From Octopus vulgaris (taxonomy: Eukaryota), in assembly GCA_951406725.2 (NCBI GenBank), contig OX597833.1:33170001-33234000 (forward strand): a stretch of 64,000 nt of DNA, written 5' to 3'. Both the position numbers and the translations under genes were made by a program. Below are positions 28,175 to 42,310 of the stretch, in pieces. The notes below the pieces were generated by a model. It saw only the letters and a program-made list of their open reading frames with translations. It did not search any database and had not been told where the DNA came from. Position 1 is the first letter of the stretch. Each line of letters starts with the position of its first letter.

Positions 28175-28370
28175 TTGATTTCAAATTTCAGCACAGAGCC
28201 AGCAAGGGTAAGTCGATTACACCCACCCTAGTGTTCAACTGGTACTTACTTTATCGACTCCGAAAGGATGGAAGGCAAAGTCGACTTCGGTGGAATTTGA
28301 ACTCAGAATGTAAAGATGGACGAAATGTCGCTCAACGTTTTTCCTGGTGTGCTAACGATTATGCCAGCTT
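28175..28370 (-). mobile_element. tRNA-derived SINE (Nin-domain-like), minus copy
   Basis: GAAAGGATGGAAGGCAAAGTCGAC...GGAATTTGAACTCAGAA. Confidence 0.75.
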
Positions 28371-28398
28371 ATTTGGCATTACGAGATTAAAGCGTCTT

Positions 28399-29165
28399 AA
28401 GGCAGCGAGCTGGCAGAAACGTTAGCACGCCGGGCGAAATGCTTAGCGCTATTTCTTCTGCGGTTGCGTTCTGAGTTCAAATTCCGCCGAGGTCGACTTT
28501 GCCTTTCATCCTTTCGGGGTCGATAAATTAAGTACCAGTTACGCACTGAAGTCGATATAATCGACTTAATCCGTTTGTCTGTCCTTGTTTGTCCTCTCTG
28601 CGTTTAGCCCCTTGTGGGTAGTAAAGAAATAGGTATTTCGTCTGCCGCTACGCTCTGAGTTCAAATTCCGCCGAGGTCGACTCTGCCTTTCATCCTTTCG
28701 GGGTCGATTAAATAAGTACCAGTTACGCACTGGGGTCGATACAATCGACTTAATCTGTTTGTCTGTCCTTGTTTGTCCTCTCTGTGTTTAGCCCCTTGTG
28801 GGTAGTAAAGAAATAGGTATTTCGCCTGTCTACTTTCTGATTTCAAATTCCGCCGAGGTCGACTTTGCCTTTCATCCTTTTGGGGGTCGATAAATTAAGT
28901 ACCAATTACGTACAGGGGTCGATATAATCGACTGGACCCTCCCTATAAATTTCGGGCCTTGTGCCTAGAGTAGAAAAGAATATGAAAGTGTGTTGCAAAA
29001 TGCTTAGTAGCATTTCGACCGTCTGCACGTTCTGAGTTCAAATTCCATCGTGATCAGCTATGCCTTTCATTCGTTCGGGACCAATAAAATAAGTACCAGT
29101 TGAACACTGGAGTCGATGTAATCGACTTAGCCCCTCCCCTGAAGTTGCTGGGCTTGAAACCAATA
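28399..29165 (+). mobile_element. tRNA-derived SINE with a tandemly repeated core of about 190 bp (Nin-domain-like)
   Basis: Head GGCAGCGAGCTGGCAGAA, B-box GAGTTCAAATTCC, repeated GGTCGACTTTGCCTTTCATCCTTTCGGGGTCGAT...GTACCAG. Confidence 0.85.
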
Positions 29166-29305
29166 TTAAAGTGTGTTACTTTGTATTTGTTTCATGAACT
29201 CAGTAATGAAAAAATGTTAATTTTTAAATACAAATAATGCAGATCTGAGGAATTATGTACATTATTTACATTTGACGGATATTTGTCCTCATCTTGTTTG
29301 TTGTT

Positions 29306-29351
29306 AACACAATGTTTCGGCTGATATACCCTCCAGCCTTCATCAGGTGTC
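29306..29351 (-). ncRNA. Minimal type-I hammerhead motif, C3-G8 core
   Basis: GACAC CTGATGA A GGCTG-GAGGGTATAT-CAGCC GAAA CAT T GTGTT. Confidence 0.65.
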
Positions 29352-29446
29352 TTGGGGAAATTTCGAACCTGGGTTCTCATTCCTGAGGTATTTTTCGATG
29401 TTGTTGTTGTTGTTGTTGTTATTATTATTATTATTATTATTATTCA

Positions 29447-29518
29447 GGTCACTGCTGGAATCGAACTCAGAATCTTGGGGTTGGTAGTCCGCGCTCTTAA
29501 CCACTACGCCATATGCCC
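29447..29518 (-). other. tRNA-derived segment (Pol III A/B boxes) inside the Penelope 3' region
   Basis: GGGCATATGGCGTAGTGGTTAAGAGCGC...GAGTTCGATTCCAGCAGTGACC; acceptor stem degenerate. Confidence 0.75.
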
Positions 29519-30179
29519 GTGGGTAATTGTGGAATGAATTTTAGGGCTTATAAATCTAATATTCTTCTATCCTTTCTTAATACCAGTTCCCATATGCTAC
29601 TCATATCTGCACTCGATCTGCTTAGGAATTTGTTGTGTCCTAACATATGTGCTACTTCTTTTAGTTTTCGTATTTTCCAGTGGTGTTCTCTGTCTATTAT
29701 TTTAACTTCATCCCACAGGGGGAGGTGGTCTCCATTTTTCCATATATGATCAGCTATATTCGATTTATCAATATCTCCTGGTGTCACAGCTTTGCGATGT
29801 TCGTCTATCCTTATTTTGAGGAGGCGACATGTTTCGCTTTTGTATAACCTACCACAGCTGCATGGGATGGAATACACACAGTCTTTGGTCATATTCTCTT
29901 CTATCGGTGGTTTTATTCGAAGGAGATATTTGCGAAGTGTTGTATTACTCTTGAATACTGTCCTGATGTTATATGACCGCATATCTTTTGTATCTTTCGG
30001 AGAGGCCTTTCACATAGGGTAAACAGACTGTGGACAGTTTATTGGCCTCATCCGCTCTCTTCTTCATAATTGAAGTGGATAGTATCCTTTTGGGGTAGTT
30101 GTTGCATAACAGATCGTTATGAACTTGATCATTTCTTCGTGGTGGGTATCACGATCGCTACTTATATTCTTTGCAGTCT

Positions 30180-30700
30180 AGTTTTAAAAAATTCTGAAAT
30201 TCTTCCAGAGTGCGGTAAGATCCATCTAAATTGATAAAGTCACGAATCTGGCTAACACCTCTCTCAAACCACGCAGGAAAAAAGATTGCCTCTTTACCGA
30301 TACTTAAGTGTTTATTAAAGTAAATTGGTTCTGTTATGAATTCATCAAATCAATTAGGCTGTCTTATTTGTAAACTTGTCAAAGGCAGAAATACAGTCAT
30401 GCCAAAAATCATTCCGGATAGTGTTAGCTAGTTTGCTCGGGAAAACGTTACCAAATACAGCTAAATTTTTCAGTTTAGTGGAGGAGGTATAGCATATGTG
30501 CTTCCATTTGGATTAATATTGAATGTCTAACAACTTTCTCATCCAGGATAGCTTTAGAGAGCTGACGTAAGCAAAAGTTTCGACCATACCAAGTCCATCT
30601 TCTTTAACAGGCTTACAAGCAACAGCTCTCTCAATTTTATCAGGTTTTCCACTCCAGAGAAGGGTATCTTTTGTAAATATTTAAGGAATATTTATAGACA
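30180..30700 (-). mobile_element. L1-type LINE ORF2 fragment downstream of RT
   Basis: Minus translation LWSGKPDKIERAVACKPVKEDGLGMVETFAYVSSLKLSWMRKL. Confidence 0.65.
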
Positions 30701-31799
30701 GTTGCGATAGAAATTTGTCAGATAAAATTAGGTATCATCTCGGTTTTGTTTTCTTTTTTCCACCTATTATAGGGGTCATGGAGTTCTGATTTTCTTTTGT
30801 TTGCTTATCTTTTGGTACAGTGTTTTGCAGTATTTTGTTTAGTTACAACTATTCAACTTGTATTTGTATTTACTTTCTACTTATCTTTAAATTTATTCCT
30901 AATATCATTGTTTTTAATAGCATTTTTATGACAGGAAGACATACATATACACATATACCACACGCACACACACACACACACACACATACACACACACACG
31001 CATACACACTCACATATACATACATGCGCGCGCGTACAAGAATGGATGGATGGATGGATGGATATCATTAAACTCTCGAACATTTATTGCAGATCATGCG
31101 GTTCAATGTTGTTAACAGACCATGAGGTTGCCCGATGAGTCCTTACTAAGTGTCGTCACTGTCCAAACCTTCAGAGTTCTGGCCTTCTGGGTCAAAGAAG
31201 TCACCGTTAGTCCATCATCGTCGTCGCTGCACTTTGTCTCTCCTCATAGTATGCATATATTGTTTTATTTCTTCTTACTCACCATAATCATCATCATCAT
31301 CATCATCATCATCGTCATTGTCATCATGTTTTCCTTATTTTCCATCATCATTTCAGTTTCTTCTTCCGATACCTTTTCTTCACATATTGAATTACATCCT
31401 GTGTTCAAATCACACCGAGGATGATTTTGCTTTTCATACTTATAAAAAAATATATAACAAAATACCAGCAGTTACTGGTATCGAAATAATCGATTATATC
31501 CTGTCCCAAAATATACGATTGTGTGCTTATGCTAGAAACTATTATTACCTCTGTTATTTTGTTTGTTGCAGCCTCCTGTTTCAGAGTTACGCTTAAAACA
31601 ATGGAAGAAATTCCAAGACACCATCGAAACTTTTTAAGAAAATGAAACATATTTGAGTTTTTCACTTTAAACAACCTTAACTACGGAACGAAATCAAAGA
31701 CATAACACAAGCTAACAATTTTTTCTGTTGTCAAAAATTTAGATCTGAACTTGGGATCTTTTTTGACAAATAGAATTCGAAAATGACATCCAATTATTA

Positions 31800-32765
31800 C
31801 CATCAAGTCAAGATTTTATGGTACTGGAACCATAGGATTTAATTGTCTTCAACTGCAAGGCATAACTTACAAACATACATAGAAATTGGTTTTTCTTCAA
31901 AACCAGAATGTTTTCTTAAAATTCTACTGAAAAGTAGTAAAACTCTTAAAATTTCAACAGATAAATTACATTGTTTATGCCTGATTTCCCATCAATTCGG
32001 GTCTGGATGATTTTCTTGACTGCTGAAGATCACAAGCCAAGTTCCAGCAACATCCTACCATCATATGCAAGGCCCAATTGCCTTGATATCTTTGTTCCAT
32101 TCATTTTATGTTCTGGTGGAAACGTTCTCCTAACTCGTCACTTGTGTCACCAAGATTTTTCAGGGAAGCTTATCAGGGTGACTGTAGAGATAGTGCAGCT
32201 TTATGCTCATGTTTTCTCCCAACTTTAAATAATTATCCAGCATGTTGTTGACTATTTCAACATTATTGGCTGTTTTTTGGCTGCCCAGAAAGTCATTCAC
32301 AACTATTACAAATGAATTCCATAATACTGCTCCAATGCAGTTCATTGAATTTACGAAGTTCCCATCTTACATCAATTTACTGAGTTGCGGCCCATCAAAT
32401 ACTCCAAATTTATCTTTTCGCTGCTCAGATATAGTGAATGTAAGGTCCATTCAGAGTTGGTCTGATGAGTTAGTGTCAAAGTAATCCGGATCATATGTTG
32501 TTTCCTCTGACTCGGATAATACTTCCTGGTCATGAAGATTGTGAGGTTTTGTACAAAATTTCACAGGTAAACAATACACTTTTCTGAAAAATGAGGAAAA
32601 TTGCGAAAATTGTGGGATTTGGGCATCTTGAAATCTAGACGTCGTGATAAAAAAAAAAAAACATGGATTCCATTTTAGGATTTATCATATCAAAGCACCC
32701 TTCAAATCAGTTAAAAACGTCTTGACAACAAAATGCCTCTGACAAGTAAATCTGTGGTACTGAAC
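31800..32765 (-). mobile_element. Internally deleted DNA transposon remnant, possibly Chapaev/Transib-related
   Basis: VVNDFLG...NMLDNYLKLGENMSIKLHYLYSH, then in an adjacent frame LGDTSDELGERFHQ..MEQRYQG..MLELG; superfamily assignment from memory only. Confidence 0.6.
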
Positions 32766-32879
32766 AGAATATTTATTGTAGCCCATCTTGTATACCACGA
32801 CAAAATATCTACATGATGGCACTTACAATCAGATAGGATCAGAAGGCATGAGAGTCGCTGTCTGGTATTGAACTAGGAC

Positions 32880-33545
<666 letters not shown>

Positions 33546-33570
33546 GCTTCCAATGTATGTAGGTTCCAAC

Positions 33571-33646
<76 letters not shown>

Positions 33647-33658
33647 TATTATTATTAA

Positions 33659-33691
<33 letters not shown>

Positions 33692-33711
33692 CATTATTAT
33701 TATTATTATTA

Positions 33712-34830
33712 TATGTTTGACTTTTTCTTCATCTTTGTACAAGTTGGCTCCAAGTCTCACCCACAGATCTCAAGAGACAACAAGTTAGACGTTCAAGTTG
33801 GTGTTATACCTACGGTGTCATGTATTTGGTTTTGCACATAGTATTAATCTAGAGAATGTCTAAGAAAACATAAGAAAATTATAAATTTGTTTTAAACTTT
33901 GAGATTACATAAACAGTATTTTATGTAAGATATGGGCAGTTGCTATGAGCACTATCTTTTGAATTTCTGTCATATTGGAGTTTCCTGGTATCTGAGATAG
34001 GTAGCAATCAACCTCTTTTGCTATCATTCCTAGGGCACCTATGACAGCAGGTATTGTTTTAGTCTTCAGGTTCCACATTTTGCCAACTTCTATTTCAAGA
34101 TCTTTTTTGGTAGGTCTTGACAGATACATTTATATCGATTGGGACAATCATATTAAAAAGGAGGCATGATTTTTGTCTGAAGTCTTTCAATATAATGTCT
34201 GGCCTATTCGCATCTATCTTTCTGTCAGTGTTCCCACCAGTTACTATCATGGGGCAGATCCAGGTGTTTGCAAATTACCCAGTGGATATGCTGCTCTATC
34301 ATGCCTGTTGAGATACTCTGTAGGCGCAAGAAGACTGCACATGGAGACATCATAATCAATGGTTTCATTTTGTTGTTGACATCAATGGTTTCATTTTGTT
34401 GGGCTACTGCCGTTCTACAATATGTTGGCCTGGTAGATCCTTGTAGGAAGGCATTGGTCTTGGGTTGCTATGATAAATACTTCTACTTCTGATTTCAAGC
34501 CAGAAGACACTAACTATTGATGGGTAAGGGCTTCGTCAACATCGGCATTATTAGCTCTCATTGGATATTTGCCATCGAGTGGTTTTTCTTGCCATTTATT
34601 AGTAAGAATATCAAAGGCAACAGTTTTCATACGCTTAGCATTTTTGTGCTTGTTTCCACTACGTCTAATTCTGGGATTTATTGTATTTGGAATTTACTTA
34701 GATATCATTTTGCTTGTTTTGTTACTGAGTATGATGCTTTCTTATTTTCGTGCTTTAAGACAAGTTTTAACATCTTGCTATCAGAGATTTACAGGTAGGT
34801 ATTTAGGTCAATTGTAGCAATCTTCATTGT
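33712..34830 (-). mobile_element. Second R4/Dong-like element 3' part
   Basis: DLEIEVGKMWNLKTKTIPAVIGALG...TAHILHK; QDQCLPT and HGKYP-like motifs upstream; (ATT)n flanks. Confidence 0.8.
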
Positions 34831-34847
34831 TAATTCATTATTATTAT

Positions 34848-35030
34848 TAAGACGGTGATCTGGCAGAATTGTTAGCGGTATTTCGTCTGCCTCTTTGTTC
34901 CAGGTTCAAATTCCGCCGGAGTCGACTTTCCCTTTAATCCTTTAAAATAAGTATCACTGAAACACTGGGGTCGATGTAATCGACTATACCCCTCCCCAAA
35001 ATTACTGTCCTTGTGGCAAAATTTGAAACC
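34848..35030 (+). mobile_element. Degenerate SINE (28399 family)
   Basis: CTGGCAGAATTGTTAGC...GGTTCAAATTCCGCC...CACTGGGGTCGATGTAATCGAC. Confidence 0.7.
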
Positions 35031-35035
35031 ATTAC

Positions 35036-35093
<58 letters not shown>

Positions 35094-35101
35094 ATTATTA
35101 A

Positions 35102-35179
<78 letters not shown>

Positions 35180-35181
<2 letters not shown>

Positions 35182-38100
35182 TTGCTGCAGAGTACATGGG
35201 AGGTGTCTTCAAACGCTCATGTAAGTTCAGTTTAAAACATTTGTTTACACCATTTTGGTGCTGTTGTTTCGTTTTACATTTTATTCCAAGTTGTTTATGG
35301 AAACACCAGAAATCTGTCGCTGGTTTTTCCGAGTTTGTTTGGCCCCTCGTAGGGCCATATTCAGCCCTCCAAATAAGTTCAGTGGGTTTAATCACATACA
35401 ATTCAACAAGATGGCGGAGCGCATCTTGAAAGAGTTAAGGAAAAAATCTTCCCCTCCCGCAACGCTAGTGACTGCTGAAGATTTCCCTCCTCTTCCCTCT
35501 GTTACTGGCAACAATGCTGTTGAGGGAATGCTGGAGAGAAAAAAGTGAGGGTGTAAAAGTATTAAGTCCACTCCGTGCTAACAGCAGTGGCAAAATCGAC
35601 AACAGCAGTGGTAGCAGTAACAGCGGCGGCGGCAGCAGTGATAGTAGCGGTGGCGGAGGTGACGGCGGCGGCAGCAGTTGTAGTAGTGGTAACAACAACA
35701 ATGCGAAAAACAACAACAGCAACAGCAGCAGCAGTGATCGCAGAGACAGTAGTAGCAGAGATTGCGGTTTTGTTAATAACACAACGGATTTTAGCAGAGA
35801 AAATAATGCTAACATTGACGGCAGAGAAGTGGAAAATAGGAATGACTGGGAGTGGCAACAGTAGAAGTAGCTACAACTCCACTATCACTATCAACAGCAA
35901 CAGCAACATCAGCTGTTACAACAACAACCACAACAAGAGCAACGTCGACGACGACAAAAACAATAACAGGTTTGCTGAGGTAGCAAACACAAAGAGAGAA
36001 ATGTTTCCCATCCTACTCGATGACAAAGCTCGTGAACTCTTGAAAGCGAAAGATATCATTGAATTGGAGTGGGGTAAGGTTACAGTGCTCCTGCCTCCCG
36101 AAATAATAGAGGCAAAAGAGAATATGACAGTATGTTTCAGATGCGTTTCACGATAATGTCGAAGAGATGAAATAGCCTCCATCAGTCATGTTGAGAAGGT
36201 CCTCAGAGAAATGTTAATACATGTAGCCCATATACAGGGAGGGAGGCAGTTTGCCAACATTGAAGTCATCTTTAAAAGTAAGGACCTCGCGCGAAGTCAC
36301 GCAGTATCATTCCGGTGGACTGAGGAGTAGTTCCTGTATTCCACCCACCTCTCAAAGAGAACGATCAGAATTAGCGTGCCACCGGGCGTAAATATCTGTC
36401 GTCTGCGGTTCAGGACCCAGAGTCACTTCTGGGGGTAAAAACGAGCAGCAAGGAGAACTGGTGTGAGATCAACTTGGAAATATTAATCCATGTGAAACCA
36501 GAAAACATCTAGAAGTTCCCGGACCTGATCCAGTTGCTGAATGGGGTGGAACTGCGTGTCGTCGTGGAAGGCAGGAAGCCCAGATACGACATCTGTATGG
36601 CCACAAGCCGTCTGAGAGCTTTCTGTCCAAAAATGTTGGGAGGTATACGACCACACTTGCAGCCTACATCGCACCCCCAACAACAGCAACAGCAACAACA
36701 GAGACCTTTTAATAAAACGGTAGCCTCATCTCTAACAACAATATCAGAGGCAATAGAATGGGTAAAACCACCCTGAGTATCTGTCAAACCAGCCCCCTCA
36801 CCCTTTCTCCCTAGCATACACTCACACCAACACTCTCACACTACCACAGACACACTCACACTCCCCGACATAGATCCTATGGTCCTTCCTCATCCCGTAG
36901 TGGATATGAGCAAAAAACGTAAAAGACAAAGGAAAAAGTAGACGAAATTACATCAACACCTGAAAACAGAAACCCCCAGTACATCGAACATGGACACGGC
37001 ACAAACAACACCAGTACCACATCTTCACAACTATCACAACCCCAACCAAATCCATCAATGCACTCACAACCACATGTAGCCCAAAAAAGAAAGCTCACAG
37101 TCACCAATACGAAAACACCGAATTGTGCTCGTGAGGAGAACCAACAAAAATGTGTTGGCTCTCATAGCCAGAAACAAGGAAATTGAGAGAGAGAGTGCAA
37201 TTTACAACACCAGCACCCTTAGGGTTTCGGATCGCTTAATACCAATTCGGCTACCCCTCAAAGCATACAAAGAAATTCAGAGGGATTTCCCGCATCATGT
37301 GGGAAGGCCAAACGTCCGCACCACGAAGCGGCTTTTAGCCGGTTTCCCCGAACTAGATCTGGAGTTCGCTCTTTCTTTCTTTTCCTCAACACTTTCGAGC
37401 CGTCGTGGTGATTGTCAGAGTGGGATGCATAAATGTTCGCGGCCTGCAAAACAAGGTCGCTTGCTCAATGACCTGAGGTCGCTAGGTTTGGATGTGATAG
37501 CAGCCAGTGAGACCAGGATTTCCAACACACGCGATCTTGCACCCAGTTTCGACGATTATGAGATCTACACATCTCTTAGTGGGTCAGGAGTGAGAGGCGA
37601 GGTGGCAGTGTTGTTTAAGAAAGGCCTGGATCTCGAAGTTCGGACGATCTTCCTGGACCCAGAGAATAAGTTGGTGGTCTTGGGCGTGAGCGACAGTGAA
37701 GGTGGTGCCTTTAGACTAGTCACTGTTTACGCCCCCACGGAGGCGGGGCAATCAGATAGCTTCAGACGTTTGGAGGTTTTCCTTGGGATGCCATGCCTTT
37801 TAATCTTAGTGAGTGACTGGAACGATAGCTTGGATGCACGCCTGGATAGGGTGGGGCTTGTTGATAGGAGAGTGGGGAGTAAAAGCCTCACAAACCTGGT
37901 CAGCTGCTTCTATTTGGCTGATAAGTACCGACTGGACTTCCTGAATGCCCAGAGTGGACATGGGCGAGCCGCATCGGGTCTTTCAGACCGTATCCAGATA
38001 GAACATTTTGTATTCCTGTAGACAGAAGTAATATATTGTCCACGTTTCAAAGTCGTCGGCTACACGGACCACAAGTTTGTGATCTGTATGGTCGACATAG

Positions 38101-40940
38101 GTCTATAGACAGGGCCCCGGATATGGAAGCTAAAGGCATCCTTACGGGCGCGCCAAACTTTCAGGTTAGTAAGTTAGTCCATCGAAAGTTGGCGTATACG
38201 ATCGTCAACAGCCATTGTTTGATAGCCCTGAAAAGGGCTATTATAGTAGAGGCGGTAGGTTTTAGTATGGAAATAGCATTAGAGGAATCTAGGATAGAGA
38301 GAGACCTAGTTAGGAAGCTGGAAGTAGCGCTTAGGAAAGACATGCTAGCGGTGAGATTGGCTCTTAGTCAATTCTTCAATGCCAAGCACGAAGGTTGCGT
38401 TCACTGAGAGGCGCGTGCACTGAGAGGGGAGTGGACGAAAGTTATTCGATTGGTCCGGGTGGCAGAGGCGCTTCGTGGAGACAAAGCAACAATTCGGTTT
38501 TTGGCGAGCTGTGATGGGCGCATGATAACTGAGTCCAAGCAGATGAATGCAAAATTTCAGCAGTACTTCGCCAAACTGTATGAGGGCGCGGTGGTTCTGG
38601 GACGGTGGTGGATTTCACCTCATATCTCAGTGGCATGCCGCACCTCTCGGTCAGGGATGCGGAGTTCTGCGAAATGCTGATAGCAGCCAAAGATATAAGA
38701 GAATCCATAAAGGCCTGCGCAAGAGAAGTCTCCGGGGCGGGATGGTCTGCTCTTCGAGCTTTATTTTCATATGCCAGACTTGTTTGGTGGTCTGCTGGCA
38801 GACGTCTGCCACTGGCAGCAGAACGGGAGAATTTCCAGTGTTGTGAGACGTGGATTGGTGGTGGTGAGGAAGTAGGAAGAAGCCTAACTAGGGGGACAGA
38901 ATTGAAAACTTAAGGCCTATAACTCTGTTGAATGCAGATTATAAGATGTTTGCCTAGGTATTAGCCAATAGGTTGGCACTTGTCGTCGACAAGTTGGTTG
39001 GTGACGTGCTGATATGCACTATCTGAGAACATCAACCTCCACTTTACGTGCTGCATGATAGAGAGAGTTGGTAAGGAGCCTGGCATGGGTGGGGCCCTGA
39101 TCAATTTGTATCAGTCGAAAGTTTTTGATAAGGTCTATCACCAATACTTAGAGGCTTCACTCGCAGCAGTGAGTTTCGGTCCCGTTTTCAGAGTCTGGAT
39201 CGGTGCAATGTACAGCGGCATCTGTTCGGTGGCCAAAGTAAATGGCCGCCTTTCGGAATCGTTTAGCATCGCTCGTTCGGTCCGTCAAGGATGCCCACTG
39301 TCGCCTCTTCTGCACGTACTGGCTCTCGAGCCATTGCTGCGGAAACTGAATATTTCGAGGGACATCTCGCGTGATCTAGGATGCAGAAGGTTCGTGTCGG
39401 CTTACGCAGACGTCACTGAAATAGTGTCGGACGTTTCGGAAATAGAGGTGGTCGGCACTGCTCTAAGGGAGTACGAAGCGGTTACAGGAGCAAAGATCAC
39501 CTAGGAGAAGTCGGTGGGCCTGCAGCTCGACACCTGGAGAGACAGGTCCATGCCAACCGACAGCGTTGTAGAGCGCTGGGCAGGAGGACCGGTTAAATTG
39601 CTCGGGGTCCGATTTGGTCCGGATCTCCAAGTGGACAAGAACTGGGGTAGGTAACGAGCAGGGTAGCCAATGTCACCCAGAAATGAGCAGAGAGGAAGCT
39701 GTCCCTGAAGGGTGGAGTGGAGGTGGCGACGCGTACATCGCTTCCGTCATCTACTTCTACCTGACTGTCGTCCCTTGATAAAGTTGGTGCGCTTGCACTA
39801 CCACTTCCTATGGAAGGGACGTGTTCCGCTCGTCAGACGACCCATCTGCTGTCAACAGCCGTTGAGTGGAAGACTGGGCATGCATGCCGTGGCTAGTGAT
39901 GCGCAGAAATGAGCTGAAGCTGAAACGTCTCCAACTTTTCCTTAACGGTGAACAGGTGTGGTCGCCGTTCGTCAAAAGGGACTTACCGCAACTCGTCTCA
40001 TTGATGGAGCTACACTCCTTGTTCAAGCGCAGACCAAGAAAGGGCGCTAAGCACCTGGAGTATCGGCAAGCGCTCACGGCCTTCTTCCAATCGAGCTACG
40101 CGGTTGGTGGAAGTTCCACTATGGAATTCTATAGAGGATTAGTGGGGGAAAAGAGTGACGACGTACGCGGGGAAACACTGGGTGTCAAGCGGGATCAACT
40201 AACTAGTCTTTTTCGGAGAACTTTTAGGCCAGGGCCTATGGATAACTTCCAGAAATACCAGACACAGAAGTGTTGTCAGACAGACCTGTCCGAGGTGTGC
40301 ACAAGGCAATGAAACCGTCCTGCATGCACTCGTCCAGGGTATGTGCATTATTGACCTGTGGAGCTTTGTCGAACAGCTGTTATCATGCGTAGAACGGATG
40401 CGGTTATCAGTCGAGTCAGTTGTAAGGATCACCCCGCCGTCTTCTGTTGGTCGGGAAGGAAAGGCAATATTCCTCTGCTTGGTGGCTGTAGTGAAAGAGA
40501 TAGTATGGTGGACGAGGTTGAAAGTACTGAAGACAGACACTTTCTTCCTCGGCTGAGCCCTCATCGACTTTTTGAAAAGGAAAATGGGGGTAGAAGGAAA
40601 AGTACTGCCTGCCCGCCACCCAGTAAGTTTGTTGAAAGGTAGGGGAATGTTGCGAAAGTGGCTCGTGTGAGTGGGCCTACTCTGTATATTCGTCTGTAAT
40701 CCGGAGCAGTTGAGTGTAAGAGAGGTGCCCTAGGCAGTCGGGGTGGCCAGAGTGTGTGGAGTTTCCTGGTTAGCCCTGAGTGGACTCACTCCTATTGGAG
40801 AATTTCGTTACTTAAAGTTTTGTTTTTTGTTTTTTTGTTTTTTTGCTTATATTTCTGTTTTAAACCCCACTTGTCCCTTGTTTTGTATGGTCCTGAATTA
40901 ATTGTTTTTGTGTTCGGCCCTTGTGGTCAATAAAGAAAGA
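35180..40940 (+). mobile_element. Near full-length degraded Tx1/L1-clade LINE, same family as 1-3690
   Basis: ORF1 from about 35410 (MAERILKELRKK); endonuclease (DVIAASETR, VTVYAP); RT (KEPGMGGALINLYQSKVFDKV, VRQGCPLSPLL, SAYAD); C-terminal Cys/His region near 40285-40340; T-rich 3' UTR with AATAAA at 40929; (ATT)n on both sides. Confidence 0.9.
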
Positions 40941-40979
40941 ATTATTATTATTGTTGTTTTTGTTGTTGTTGTTGTTTTC

Positions 40980-41380
40980 AAGGCGGCGAGCTGGCAGAAA
41001 TGTTAGCACGCCGGGCAAAATGCTTAGCGGTATTTCGTCTGCCGTTATGTTCTGAGTTCAAATTCCGCCGAGGTCGACTTTGCCTTTCATCCTTTCGGGG
41101 TCGATTAAATAAGTACCAGTTACGCACTGGGGTCGATATAATCGACTTAATCCGTTTGTCCGTTCTTGTTTGTCCTCTCTGCGTTTAACTCCTTGTGGGT
41201 AGTAAAGAAATAGGCATTTCGTCTGTCTTTACGTTCTGAGTTCAAATTCAACCGAGGTCGACTTTGCCTTTCATCCTTTCGGGGTCGATAATTTAATAAC
41301 CAATGAAACACTGGAGTCGATGTAATCGGCTTAGCCCTTCCCCAAAAGTTTCAGGCTTTGTGCCTTTAGTAGAATGGATT
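40980..41380 (+). mobile_element. tRNA-derived SINE with two core units (28399 family)
   Basis: AAGGCGGCGAGCTGGCAGAAATGTTAGCACG head and repeated core. Confidence 0.85.
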
Positions 41381-42146
41381 ACTGTTATTAGTATACATCA
41401 GTCGACGCACGTTCACATCGCTCTGTAAGTTTTGCTGTTATTCATATTGTTATGCACTGTTATACATTGTACGTTTGTTATCGTTACTGAGTAAAACTGA
41501 CCGGGACCTTGGGAAGCTGGCTGGTTCTTCTCCATTTGTAACCCTTAGAGGGTATTTTATGCTTGTTTGGGCAAAGACGCCCCTCATCTGTTTTTTTTCT
41601 TCTTTTTTTGCTAAAAAACAAAGATGGTGACAGCATTTTGAATAACAGCACACGTGAGGCCTATTAAAGCAATTTTTCACTTGCTTCTACCTTCCCCTTC
41701 ACCATCGCAGAAATAAAAGAAAATTACCAAAAGTGACAACACAAGCGAGAACATTGCCACCGCCACAGCCACCGCCGATTTCAGCAGAACGTCCACCACC
41801 AACAACATTAACGAAAAAGACAACAAGGAAAACGAGGCATGCAAATCCTGTCGAAGAAGTTTCGATTTTGTGAAAGCGATCAGAGACGTGAGTAAGACAT
41901 TTTCATTGAGTAAAATGGAGAAATGTGGCAGAAATGTAGTACTAAACGTTCCTAGAACTGTCCAGCAAGATATTGATTCGCGGACAGTTTTATATAAAAC
42001 AATCGGACCCAAAAGTAGAGAAATGGATCAGGCAATATAGCAGCAAATAGAGTAATGCTTAAAACAAGAGTTCTATATTTAAGAGATGGGGAATTATGTA
42101 CATTATTTACATTTCACGGATATTTGTGCTCATCTTGTTTGTTGTT

Positions 42147-42192
42147 AACACAATGTTTCGGCTGATATACCCTCCAGCCTTCATCAGGTGTC
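42147..42192 (-). ncRNA. Minimal type-I hammerhead motif
   Basis: GACAC CTGATGA A GGCTG-GAGGGTATAT-CAGCC GAAA CAT T GTGTT. Confidence 0.65.
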
Positions 42193-42239
42193 TTGGGGAA
42201 ATTTCGAACCTGGGTTCTCATTCCTGAGGTATTTTTCGA

Positions 42240-42308
<69 letters not shown>

Positions 42309-42310
<2 letters not shown>

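Larger units (their letters stand above)
29235..30176 (-). mobile_element. Penelope-like element 3' end: GIY-YIG endonuclease and pseudo-LTR
   Basis: ORF 29548-29982: CVYSIPCSCGRLYKSET..LKIRIDEHR..SNIADH..RKLKE; followed by a tRNA-like segment, (AAT)n and a hammerhead. Confidence 0.85.

Noticed and set aside
28399-29165. CRISPR-like repeat array
   Set aside because: Whole units of about 190 bp repeat with no unique spacers; eukaryotic SINE
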